Notes: generated from the sequence alone by a model not told the origin. A stretch of DNA of 64,000 bases from Acutalibacteraceae bacterium (GCA_045595825.1 JAZOBD010000047.1:1772-65771); one strand, 5' to 3'. Shown: positions 39,361 through 48,241, numbered from the stretch's first letter. Program-made: numbers and translations.

Positions 39361-39391
39361 TGAAACCGACAATAAATCAGAGGTGAGTAAA

Positions 39392-39628
39392 ATGAAAAAA
39401 GCTTATAAAAAGCCTGAAATGTATATTGAAAACTTCCGCCTGTCGGTTAATATTGCAGGATGCTCGAAGGCGGCGGGATTAAGCGAATACGAGTGCGGCG
39501 TTGACCTCGGCTGGGGTGAATCCCTTTTCCTTGAGGGTAACCTTGCCTGCACGGTGTTTGACTGGGATCCCAACAATAAGGTCTGCTACAACCAGCCTTT
39601 CGCAAGCGGAGTTTTGTTCGGCTCATAA
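39392..39628 (+). CDS. Putative RiPP precursor peptide (78 aa, 4 Cys, C-terminal Ser)
   Basis: gaggtg RBS; MKKAYKKPEMYIENF leader with YxxP; sits at the head of a radical SAM/kinase/nucleotidyltransferase/peptidase cassette. Confidence 0.7.
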   Translation: MKKAYKKPEMYIENFRLSVNIAGCSKAAGLSEYECGVDLGWGESLFLEGNLACTVFDWDPNNKVCYNQPFASGVLFGS

Positions 39629-39636
39629 TTAAACAG

Positions 39637-39666
39637 AAAAGCCATGCCACGTGGCATGGCTTTTTT
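39637..39666 (+). terminator. Perfect palindromic hairpin between precursor and maturase genes
   Basis: aaaagccatgccac/gtggcatggctttt 28-bp palindrome followed by a T run. Confidence 0.75.
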
Positions 39667-39684
39667 CGCTGAGGAGAAATTAAT

Positions 39685-40383
39685 TTGAAACTTTTTATAA
39701 AAGTTATTTCCTGCGTGCTTGCAGCGTTGCTGTTCGTTTTGCCGCTGTGTTCATGTGACGGCAAGGGTGATGACACCTCCACGCAAAGCACACACAACCG
39801 ACCGCTGATGAATGAGTTTCCCTGGACGTTTGCCAACGAGGGGATAGAGGTTGTTGACATCGGCCAATACAGAGGAGCTTTTCTTGAGGACGGAAGCGAT
39901 ACTCTTATCAACAACGTTCTTATGATTATTGTTCACAATCCCACCGATAAACCGTTGCAATATGCCGAAATCACTCTTTTTGCGGGCGATGACCTTGCTT
40001 ATTTCGATGTTTCGACTTTGCCTGCGGGTGAAAGTGCGGTTGTTCTTGAGCGTAATATGTTGCCCTATGAAGAGGATTACAGATATTTGCTCAAAAACAT
40101 GCAGACCGCTTATTTCACCGACGGTGTTTGTACACTGCAAGAAGACGTTTTTGAAATAACGGGCGACAACAGTCAGCTTTCGGTTAAGAACATAAGCGAA
40201 AAAGACGTAGACGGCACCGTGAAAATTTATTACAAAACTTTCAAAGACGGCTATTATTACGGCGGAATCACTTACAACGTTTCAATTGATTCACTTGCAA
40301 GCGGTCAGACAAAAACCGTGCCTGCGGGTCACTTTATAAAGGATTATTCACAGCTTATGTTTGTGACATATTTAAATGAATGA
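39685..40383 (+). CDS. Lipoprotein of unknown function in the RiPP-like cassette
   Basis: TTG start after gaggag; lipobox PLCSC; beta-rich body; stop overlaps next start. Confidence 0.75.
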   Translation: MKLFIKVISCVLAALLFVLPLCSCDGKGDDTSTQSTHNRPLMNEFPWTFANEGIEVVDIGQYRGAFLEDGSDTLINNVLMIIVHNPTDKPLQYAEITLFAGDDLAYFDVSTLPAGESAVVLERNMLPYEEDYRYLLKNMQTAYFTDGVCTLQEDVFEITGDNSQLSVKNISEKDVDGTVKIYYKTFKDGYYYGGITYNVSIDSLASGQTKTVPAGHFIKDYSQLMFVTYLNE

Positions 40384-41257
40384 TATGACTGTCAGATACT
40401 ATGAAATCGGCGGATTGATAATTGAAATTTCAGCCGATTTTGATTATGAAGAAAGCGGATATTCACGCTTTTTTCTTACAAACAAAAGAAGAATGCCTGA
40501 TGCACGCTATATCTTCAAAAGTGGCGAAATGCCTGCGTTGCCCGAAAAAGAGGTGATGCGTGAAGATAAATTCCGTGTCTGTCAGTCCGAGGAAAAAACT
40601 TTTACGGTTTTTTCACGCCACGAAAGCGGCGACCCCGAGGATATGGCGGATTATGCGTGCCTGAGTTATGATAATGCCGCTGACGGCATTTTTACCGCTG
40701 AGGTCACTGTTTTACCTGCGGGTGAAGGCTATTTCAGCGGAAGCTACCTTGTTTTTAACGTGCTTGCCGTTGAGCATCTTTTTCTGAGAAACGGAATAAT
40801 GCTTCTTCATTCGTCGTTTCTTCGCTTAAAAGACGGTACTGCGCTTTTGTTTACGGGCAGGTCAGGAATCGGCAAGTCCACTCAGGCGGAGCTCTGGGAA
40901 AAATACGAGGGTGCCGAGCTGATTAACGGCGACAATGCTCTGCTTTATAAGCGTGACGGTGTGTGGTATGCCTCGGGTCTGCCGTTTGCAGGCACTTCCG
41001 GTGTTTGCAAAAATGCGGAATGTCCCGTAAAAGCTGTTGTCGGCATTGAGTGGAGTGACACCAGCACAGCTTCACGGCTTTCGGGCGCATCTGCGCTGAA
41101 AACGCTGTATTCGGGCGTTTTTCAGTGCGTGTGGCACCGTGAAGATATGACGTCTGCCTTTGACCTCGCACTTGATTATGTGCAGAATATGCCCGTTGTT
41201 TTACTCAGCTGCACACCCGATAAATCCGCCGTTGAGGCGTTAAAGGAAATAATATGA
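40376..41257 (+). CDS. HPr-kinase-like P-loop protein (RiPP-associated kinase-like)
   Basis: LLHSS, GRSGIGKST and INGDN pattern resembling the His-Lys-Asp motif of lasso-peptide kinases. Confidence 0.72.
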   Translation: MNDMTVRYYEIGGLIIEISADFDYEESGYSRFFLTNKRRMPDARYIFKSGEMPALPEKEVMREDKFRVCQSEEKTFTVFSRHESGDPEDMADYACLSYDNAADGIFTAEVTVLPAGEGYFSGSYLVFNVLAVEHLFLRNGIMLLHSSFLRLKDGTALLFTGRSGIGKSTQAELWEKYEGAELINGDNALLYKRDGVWYASGLPFAGTSGVCKNAECPVKAVVGIEWSDTSTASRLSGASALKTLYSGVFQCVWHREDMTSAFDLALDYVQNMPVVLLSCTPDKSAVEALKEII

Positions 41258-42372
41258 AAAATATGTCGAATGAGGCCGCACTCGCAACTTTTCTGCACGC
41301 AAAAGCCGCAAGGCAGGGTATACCCGTGTCGGGAAACTTCGAGCTTACGCGCCGCTGTAACTTCAACTGCAAAATGTGCTATGTGCACTCTGCCGAAACT
41401 TGTTGCTTTGATGAGGAGCTGACGGGCAGGCAGTGGCTTGACATTGCTGAGGGTGCAAAGCAGTCAGGTACCGTCTTTTTGCTGTTGACCGGCGGTGAGC
41501 CTCTTGTCAGAAACGATTTTGAAGAAATCTGGGTTAACCTCAAAAAAATGGGTTTTGCCCTTTCACTCAATACAAATGCATCGCTTATTACCCCCGAAAT
41601 CCTTGAACTTTTCAGGCGCTATCCGCCAATGAGGGTCAACGTTTCGCTTTACGGTGCGAGTGACGAAACCTATCAGTCACTTTGCGGTAACAAGGCTTTT
41701 TCAAAGGTTGTCGGCAATATATCGGCACTGAAAGAGCTTGATATTCAAGTGAAACTCAGCGCGAGTGTAACTGAGCAGAATTACGGTGATCTGCCCGAGA
41801 TTTTCAGAATTTCGCGCGAATTCGGTTGCTATGTGCAGACAAGCGCCTATATGTTTCCGCCCGTGCGCCGTGATATCAGCTTTGTCGGCGCAGGGGACAG
41901 GGTGAGTCCCGAAACGGCGGCACTTTATTCAGTGGGCTGTGACAGCCTGAGATATGAACGTGACGAGTATCTTAACCGCGCACGTGCTACGTTAAAGGGA
42001 ATCTCAATTCCCGACCCGGAAGATGAGTGCAGAGCTCCGGGTGCGGCACCGATTGACTGCCGCGCGGGCAAATGCACCTTCTGGATTAATTTTGACGGCA
42101 CAATGACACCTTGCGGAATGATGTTTGAGCCCACCGCTGACGTTGTGAAAAACGGTTTTGCTTCGGCGTGGGAAAGCATCAAAGAGCAAACGGCTCTTTT
42201 GCATCAGCCTGCCGAGTGTGTCAGCTGTAATCTTAAAAACATCTGCTCTGTCTGTGCAGCAAAATCACTTGCCGAAACGGGAAGTTGTGACAAAAAGCCT
42301 GAGTACCTTTGCCGTATGACAAAGGAAATCATAAAGCTTACCGAAAAGGAGCTTGAGAAAACGGATGAATAA
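41254..42372 (+). CDS. Radical SAM protein with SPASM domain
   Basis: CNFNCKMC (CxxxCxxC), TGGEP; CRAG...GTMTPC and CVSC...CSVC...C auxiliary cluster ligands. Confidence 0.92.
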   Translation: MKNMSNEAALATFLHAKAARQGIPVSGNFELTRRCNFNCKMCYVHSAETCCFDEELTGRQWLDIAEGAKQSGTVFLLLTGGEPLVRNDFEEIWVNLKKMGFALSLNTNASLITPEILELFRRYPPMRVNVSLYGASDETYQSLCGNKAFSKVVGNISALKELDIQVKLSASVTEQNYGDLPEIFRISREFGCYVQTSAYMFPPVRRDISFVGAGDRVSPETAALYSVGCDSLRYERDEYLNRARATLKGISIPDPEDECRAPGAAPIDCRAGKCTFWINFDGTMTPCGMMFEPTADVVKNGFASAWESIKEQTALLHQPAECVSCNLKNICSVCAAKSLAETGSCDKKPEYLCRMTKEIIKLTEKELEKTDE

Positions 42373-43576
42373 AGCGCAGGAACAGCTTCTGGAGTTGCTC
42401 AAAGCATATTTCAACTCACAGACGCCGCTCATATCCGAAAGCGAGGATATAAGCGGTGCGTTGCGCCTTGCCGAAATGCACAAACTTCTGCCGATTGCGC
42501 GTCACGCCGCAAATTCGTTGCCGCAGATTAGCTCTTTGGAAGGTGCGTCTGCAAATTTATTGCGCCAGATGTCGCTTAACGATGTTATCTACCAGACAAA
42601 GAAAACAGCGGCATTAAAAGAAATACTTGCCGATTTTGAAAAAGCAGGTATAACCGCCCTTGTTGTCAAGGGTGCGGCGGTTGCCGTTTGTTATAACAAT
42701 CCCGATTACAGAGTTTCTTCGGATGAGGATATTTTTATCCGCCGTGAGGATTTACATCGCTGTGCCGATATTCTGCAAAATTCGGGCTTCACAGATATTG
42801 ACGGTATAAAAACGAATAAAGATGTATATTTATTCAAAAACGATGAAAAAATTATTCATCTTGAATTGCACGTTTCACTGCTTCCGTCTGGCACCAAAAA
42901 CTATAAACATCTCAACGAATTGTTTGCCGCCGCTTTCAATGACAGTTACACCATTGATTTTGATGGTACCAGAATAAAAACTCTGCCGGCGACAGAGCAT
43001 CTGATTTTTCTTGTTGCCCACGCTTTCAAGCATTTTGTTCACTCGGGCTTTGGTATCCGTCAGCTTTGCGATGTTCTTGTTTTTACCCGTAAAAACAGTG
43101 AAAGTATTGATTTTGCGCAGGTTGACGCTTGTTTCTCAGCTTTGCGTGCGGATAAATTCTTTGGCGCACTGCTTAAAATCGGCAGTGAATATCTCGGGTT
43201 TTCCGATTTGGATTCTTTGAAAGTGAAAGCTCCCGACGGCGACTGCAATGACCTTCTGTGTGATGTATTTGAAGCGGGAATTTTCGGAAAAAGTAATGAA
43301 AACAGAATGAAAAGTGCTGCTGCAACCGATGCCGCCGCACGTGCGGGCAGGGGAAAAAATACGCTTTCTTTGTTCTTCCCACCGCTTGAAATAATGCGGG
43401 AAAGATATGCTGTTTTGCATAAATATTCTTTTTTGCTACCTCTTTACTGGCTTGTCAGGGCGGTTGAGTATTTGTTTGGAATGAGAAAATCAGACAGTGC
43501 AACATCTCCGTTTGCAAGCGCCGATATTGCCGCAAAACGTCTTGAATTACTGCGACATTATGATATAATTGATTAG
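42365..43576 (+). CDS. Nucleotidyltransferase family protein (NTP_transf_5-like)
   Basis: VVKG...Y...RVSSDEDI, ELH and HAFKHF...GIRQLCD motifs. Confidence 0.82.
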   Translation: MNKAQEQLLELLKAYFNSQTPLISESEDISGALRLAEMHKLLPIARHAANSLPQISSLEGASANLLRQMSLNDVIYQTKKTAALKEILADFEKAGITALVVKGAAVAVCYNNPDYRVSSDEDIFIRREDLHRCADILQNSGFTDIDGIKTNKDVYLFKNDEKIIHLELHVSLLPSGTKNYKHLNELFAAAFNDSYTIDFDGTRIKTLPATEHLIFLVAHAFKHFVHSGFGIRQLCDVLVFTRKNSESIDFAQVDACFSALRADKFFGALLKIGSEYLGFSDLDSLKVKAPDGDCNDLLCDVFEAGIFGKSNENRMKSAAATDAAARAGRGKNTLSLFFPPLEIMRERYAVLHKYSFLLPLYWLVRAVEYLFGMRKSDSATSPFASADIAAKRLELLRHYDIID

Positions 43577-44057
43577 GGTGAGAGCTTTGAAAGACTTTGA
43601 AAAATCCCGAAGCAGGGTTGTTGACCCTGAGGTTTTTCTGACCGCCTTTGAGAAATACGCAGGGCTGTCACAACCGATGCCGCTTGTTGTTACGGGGTCA
43701 AGTATGTCTCCGTTTCTCTGCGCAGGGCGTGACAGGGTGTTTTTGTCAAAGCCTGTCAGTGCACCCGTTAAGGGTGATATTGTTCTTTACCGCCGACTTA
43801 ACGGCGAAATCTGGCTTCACCGTGTTTATGATGTAAAAGATGGCGTTTATTCTTTGGTCGGCGACCGACAGATACAGATTGAAAGCGGAATTCCGCACGA
43901 AAATCTGCTTGCTGTTGTAACGGCTGTTGAGCGAAAAGGAAAAATGCTGACCCCTGAAAGTGCACTGTGGCGCTTTTTTGCAAATAAGTGGCTTGAATTG
44001 ATTCCCAAACGGCCTTTAATTTTAAAAATTTTTCGCAAACTGAAAGGAGAACTCTGA
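43569..44057 (+). CDS. S24/S26-family peptidase (signal-peptidase-like, Ser-His type)
   Basis: TGSSMSPFL, GDIVLYRR and LHRV; start uncertain (TTG 43569 or GTG 43578). Confidence 0.8.
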   Translation: MIRVRALKDFEKSRSRVVDPEVFLTAFEKYAGLSQPMPLVVTGSSMSPFLCAGRDRVFLSKPVSAPVKGDIVLYRRLNGEIWLHRVYDVKDGVYSLVGDRQIQIESGIPHENLLAVVTAVERKGKMLTPESALWRFFANKWLELIPKRPLILKIFRKLKGEL

Positions 44058-44812
44058 TGGTTAATGTAATTTCTCACCGCGGCGCAAACACTTTTGCACC
44101 GCAGAACACTTTGCCCGCCTTTCAAAAATCCTTTTCAATCTCCGTTGATGGTATTGAAACCGATATTCACGTGACAAAAGACGGTGTTCCCGTTGTTTGC
44201 CACAACTACACAATTGATGAAACCTCAACGGGCGTCGGCGAAATCTGTGACCTTACCCTCGAAGAGCTTCGCAGTTACGATTTCGGCTCATATTTTGACA
44301 AGGAATTTGAGGGCACAAAAATCCCCACGCTTGACGAGTTGCTCGACCTTTGCGCCACTGCAAACCTTACCGTGCTTAACATTGAGCTTAAATCGCCCCG
44401 CAACAAAGATTCAGACATTGTCAAAAAGACCATTGATGCAGTCAAGGCGCACGGTTTGTTTGACGTGCTTCTTATTTCAAGCTTTGATTCAGAACTTCTC
44501 ATTGAGGCCAAACAGATTGACCCTGCCTGCAAAACTGCTTATCTTTATGCACCCACAATGCTTAAGTCAATTCACAAATGGTTCAATGCTGTAAAGTTTG
44601 CCAAGAAAATCAACTGCGATGCTTTGCATCCTCATTACAGCTTTGTTACAAAGCACTACGTTAAAGCTAGCCACAAGGCCGGAATTCGGGTTAATCCCTG
44701 GACCGTCAATTCTCCCGAGGTTATGTTGCAAATGATTTCTTGCGGCGTTGACGGCCTCATAACCGACCGTCCCGACATTGCAAACTCCCTTCTTGGCAAA
44801 AAGACAAAATAA
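44057..44812 (+). CDS. Glycerophosphodiester phosphodiesterase
   Basis: SHRGA...PQNT, ETDIHVTKDG...CH, NIELK and GLITDRP. Confidence 0.9.
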   Translation: MVNVISHRGANTFAPQNTLPAFQKSFSISVDGIETDIHVTKDGVPVVCHNYTIDETSTGVGEICDLTLEELRSYDFGSYFDKEFEGTKIPTLDELLDLCATANLTVLNIELKSPRNKDSDIVKKTIDAVKAHGLFDVLLISSFDSELLIEAKQIDPACKTAYLYAPTMLKSIHKWFNAVKFAKKINCDALHPHYSFVTKHYVKASHKAGIRVNPWTVNSPEVMLQMISCGVDGLITDRPDIANSLLGKKTK

Positions 44813-44828
44813 AACTGCAATGAATATG

Positions 44829-44865
44829 AAAAATCCCGTAATACACAGCGTATTACGGGATTTTT
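44829..44865. terminator. Bidirectional intrinsic terminator
   Basis: aaaaatcccgtaatac-acagc-gtattacgggattttt. Confidence 0.85.
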
Positions 44866-44883
44866 AATCCTTACGGAAACGTT

Positions 44884-46500
44884 TTATTTTTTGACTGATT
44901 TTACAAGTTCGTTGTAAGCAGTCCAGATTGTTGAACCTGTTGTTTTGCCTGCGGAAACGATTTCTTCATTTTCTGTAAAATATGAGTGCCAGCTGTTGTC
45001 GGTAAGAATGTAACCGATCTGGTCGTTTGAAAGGCCGAATACAAGCAGCTTTCTTCCGTTGCTCATTGATTCAAATGTGTCATATTCCCAGTTTGCGCCG
45101 TCCCATGAGGTTTCTGCTGTTTCGGCACCGCCCCAGGCGATTTCGGGTGCAAGCTCACCGGGGATAAGGGAAATTGCAAGCTCGTCACCGAATTCGGCAT
45201 AGCCGACCTCTGAGAGGATGCGATAGTTTGCAAGACCTGACTTATAAACCTTGTTTGAAAGCAGGCCGCCCTTTGCTGCAAGAACAAGGATGCTGTTGTC
45301 AACGTCAACAAGAACTTCTTTGTGTGCAATGCTGAGCTTTGCACCTACGGGGATTTCGTTATTGATTGAGCAGGTCAGCTCACCGAGTCTTTTGCCGAGA
45401 GCCATAATGTGAGCATAGTCATTGTTTGTTTTTTCAACGTCAGCAGGGTCGGGGGTGATGCTGTCGCCCTGAACGGAAATTGCAAGCTCTGCGCCCTGAA
45501 TCATAATGAAATCTGCGTTTGCATTTTCATTGATGTATTTTTCCATATAGTAGGGGTAGTCGCCCGTGACGTCTGTCGGACCTGCGCCGTAGCCGACACA
45601 GTGAAGACCGAGGTTAACAAGCCAGATTTCTCTCTTGGCGGTGTCAGCGGGAACAAAGCGAAGACGGTTGATGTTGGGGTCAAAAACTTCGGGTTCACGC
45701 TTTTCTCTGATATATTCGCTGATGTCAACGGTGCCGTAGTAAAGGTCGCCCTCTGTCATTTTGCTAACAGCGTCAATCATTGTGTTAACAACCTGAGTGT
45801 AAAGGTTTTCCATAAATTCGGGGTTTTTACCGCCGTTAAGCTTAACACCGAAAAGATTTTTAACAGATGATGTGAAAAGGGCGGAGATGATGTCGCCGTT
45901 CATGCCGAAGGTGTCAATGCAGCTGTGCTGGTGAAGAGTGAAAACGTTGATGCTTTCAACGTCAAGATTGTTATCCTTGGCGTATTTCATAAATCTTTCA
46001 CGGATGATTCTTACGTCGGAGTTTGCAAGACCGTAAGCGTCAAGTGAAGCAAAAATAACGATGTCTTCTTTTTTGCCTGTTGTTGACATTGCAACTGTTC
46101 TTACTCTCTGGTCGTCGGCGATGCTTGTGGCAAGCTTCTTTGTTACGGAAAGACTGCCGCCGACATAGTGCTCGTCAATAAGCTCTTTGCCTGTCTGCAA
46201 AGAAGCGCTTGAATAACCGACGTTCCAGGTGGCGTCTGCATCTGTTGCTGCTTTGAATTGGTTTGCATCCATGCCTTCAAGGAATGTTTCTTCGGTTTCG
46301 TAGTTTCTTTCCCATTCCCAGCCCGGATCAAAAATAAGCATTGCAATGCCGCCGACAAGAACATCTACAACCTTGTCAAGGAAACGGTTAAGAGAGTTTT
46401 CGATTTTTTCTCCCGTTGTGTAATCGGCGCTTGCGGGAATTGCAAAAGCAGAAAACACCATTACAAGAACAAGAGAAAGAGCGGTGATTTTTTTAAGCAT
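44884..46500 (-). CDS. Secreted neutral/alkaline ceramidase-superfamily-like protein
   Basis: Signal peptide; ASLDAYGL, LHQHSCIDTFG, GLHC, GDYPYY and PGEL motifs resemble that fold. Confidence 0.55.
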   Translation of the reverse strand: MLKKITALSLVLVMVFSAFAIPASADYTTGEKIENSLNRFLDKVVDVLVGGIAMLIFDPGWEWERNYETEETFLEGMDANQFKAATDADATWNVGYSSASLQTGKELIDEHYVGGSLSVTKKLATSIADDQRVRTVAMSTTGKKEDIVIFASLDAYGLANSDVRIIRERFMKYAKDNNLDVESINVFTLHQHSCIDTFGMNGDIISALFTSSVKNLFGVKLNGGKNPEFMENLYTQVVNTMIDAVSKMTEGDLYYGTVDISEYIREKREPEVFDPNINRLRFVPADTAKREIWLVNLGLHCVGYGAGPTDVTGDYPYYMEKYINENANADFIMIQGAELAISVQGDSITPDPADVEKTNNDYAHIMALGKRLGELTCSINNEIPVGAKLSIAHKEVLVDVDNSILVLAAKGGLLSNKVYKSGLANYRILSEVGYAEFGDELAISLIPGELAPEIAWGGAETAETSWDGANWEYDTFESMSNGRKLLVFGLSNDQIGYILTDNSWHSYFTENEEIVSAGKTTGSTIWTAYNELVKSVKK

Positions 46501-46527
46501 TGTTATTTCTCCTTTTCTAAATTTATG

Positions 46528-47592
46528 TTATGTATCAAGCTTCATATCGCCCGATTTGATAATATTGAGCTTTCTCATTCCTTCCGAAATGACAAGCGAA
46601 ATTACCGCCGGTGCGATAAAGTGCATAACAACAATTTCAATCAGAACTATTTTCGGGTCAACGCCGTTTGCGGTCATTGAGTTGAACGTCATAAACTGGC
46701 CGACAAGTCCTGCCGTGCCCATACCTGAGCCGGATGCCGTGCAGGTCATACCGAGAAGTTTTGTGGAAATCGGGCCGAGAATTGCACTTGTGATAATCGG
46801 CGGAATCCATATGAGGGGATGTTTTACAATGTTTGGCATCTGTAACATTGACGTGCCTACACCCTGGGCAATCAGACCTCCCACCTTGTTTTCACGGTAG
46901 CTTGAAACGGCAAAACCTATCATTTGCGCACTGCAACCGATGACGGCGGCACCTGCGGCAATTCCGTCAAGACCGAGGATGAGACCGATTGCGGCAGAGC
47001 TGATGGGCAAAGTAAGACAAATACCCATAACAACAGAAACGACGATACCCATAAGAATCGGCTGACACTGTGTGCCCCAGTTGATGACATCGCCGAGAGC
47101 CTTCATAATGCGGCTGATTGTCGGGCCGAGGAACAGACCGACAGCCGAACCCGTAAGAATTGAAACGGCAGGGGTGAGAATGATGTCAAGCTTTGTTTTA
47201 CCGCTGAGAAGTCTGCCGATTTCAATTGCCGTGAATGCGGCAATGAAAGCACCGAGCGGCTCACCGGGACCTGCGTAGAGAACACCGCCGCTGAGCAGAG
47301 TACCGGCGCTTATCTGACTTGAAAAAGCACCGACCATACCTGCAACTGCGGCTGAAACGGTGACAAGCGGAGCGGCTTTGTACTTGCTTGCAACACCTAC
47401 GCCGATGCCTGCGCCCGTTATTGATTTGGCAACGGCGGCAACAGTGGTGAGATATGCACCGTAGGGGGAGGGGATGAACGAAGCAATCTGGTCTAAAATC
47501 GTGCCGATAATCAGTGTCGAAAAAAGACCGAGAGCCATACCCGAAAGGCCGTCAATAAAAATGTGATTAAGAATTTTTTTGAGCTGTCTCAC
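46528..47592 (-). CDS. Stand-alone PTS EIIC-like membrane protein (PTS_EIIC_2)
   Basis: DGLSGMALGLFSTLIIG, GEPLGA, LPISSAA, GTSMLQ and SGMGTAG; GTG start. Confidence 0.85.
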   Translation of the reverse strand: MRQLKKILNHIFIDGLSGMALGLFSTLIIGTILDQIASFIPSPYGAYLTTVAAVAKSITGAGIGVGVASKYKAAPLVTVSAAVAGMVGAFSSQISAGTLLSGGVLYAGPGEPLGAFIAAFTAIEIGRLLSGKTKLDIILTPAVSILTGSAVGLFLGPTISRIMKALGDVINWGTQCQPILMGIVVSVVMGICLTLPISSAAIGLILGLDGIAAGAAVIGCSAQMIGFAVSSYRENKVGGLIAQGVGTSMLQMPNIVKHPLIWIPPIITSAILGPISTKLLGMTCTASGSGMGTAGLVGQFMTFNSMTANGVDPKIVLIEIVVMHFIAPAVISLVISEGMRKLNIIKSGDMKLDT

Positions 47593-47613
47593 ATTAATCC
47601 TTCTTTGCAAATT

Positions 47614-48225
47614 TTATTTCAAAAGTTCTTTAACGGCATTGCAGTAGTGCTCGGCAATGAATTTTGCGCCCTCTGCTGTGGGATGAACGCCGTCTGCTGC
47701 CCAGTAGGTGGGCTCTTTTTTGATGCTTGCTGCGGCAAAAAGGCCGTCAAGAGGAATATATACGTCCGCAAATTCGCGTGCAAGGCGTCTTACGATATCA
47801 AGTTTCGGGTCAAGATCGACGCGGAAAAATTCTTTATCGGGAACAGAAAGTAAGAACTGTTCGAGCATTATGATTTTTGCGTTTGTGTTTTCTTTGATAG
47901 CTGTAAGAACCGTGCGGTAATTGTTTTCAAATGTTTCGTTGTCAATCCAGTTTTGTTCTTCGGCGCGGTGCCAGGTGTCGTTGACACCGATAAGAATCGA
48001 AACAATGTCGGGCTGAATGTCAACAAAATCATCCTGCAAACGCTCAACAAGGTTTTCGGTGCGATCGCCGCTGATGCCAAGATTTACAAACTCAAAATCA
48101 ACACCGGGATAGTTTTCTTCAATAAGATATGAAGCGTAAAACGGATAGCCCTGACCCATGTCGTGATAATCTGCACGGTCACGTCCCGCATCGGTGATGC
48201 TGTCGCCCTGGAAAAGAATTTTCAT
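47614..48225 (-). CDS. SGNH/GDSL hydrolase
   Basis: FQGDSITD, GISG, GVND and DGVHP. Confidence 0.9.
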   Translation of the reverse strand: MKILFQGDSITDAGRDRADYHDMGQGYPFYASYLIEENYPGVDFEFVNLGISGDRTENLVERLQDDFVDIQPDIVSILIGVNDTWHRAEEQNWIDNETFENNYRTVLTAIKENTNAKIIMLEQFLLSVPDKEFFRVDLDPKLDIVRRLAREFADVYIPLDGLFAAASIKKEPTYWAADGVHPTAEGAKFIAEHYCNAVKELLK

Positions 48226-48241
48226 AACAAAACCTCCGTTA

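Noticed and set aside
39335-39391. Longer 97-aa version of the precursor ORF in the track
   Set aside because: It overlaps the adhesin 3' end; the gaggtg RBS points to ATG 39392.
39392-44057. Calling the cassette a lasso peptide cluster
   Set aside because: No asparagine-synthetase-like cyclase or transglutaminase-like peptidase, and the 78-aa precursor is atypical; only the tailoring enzymes are shared.
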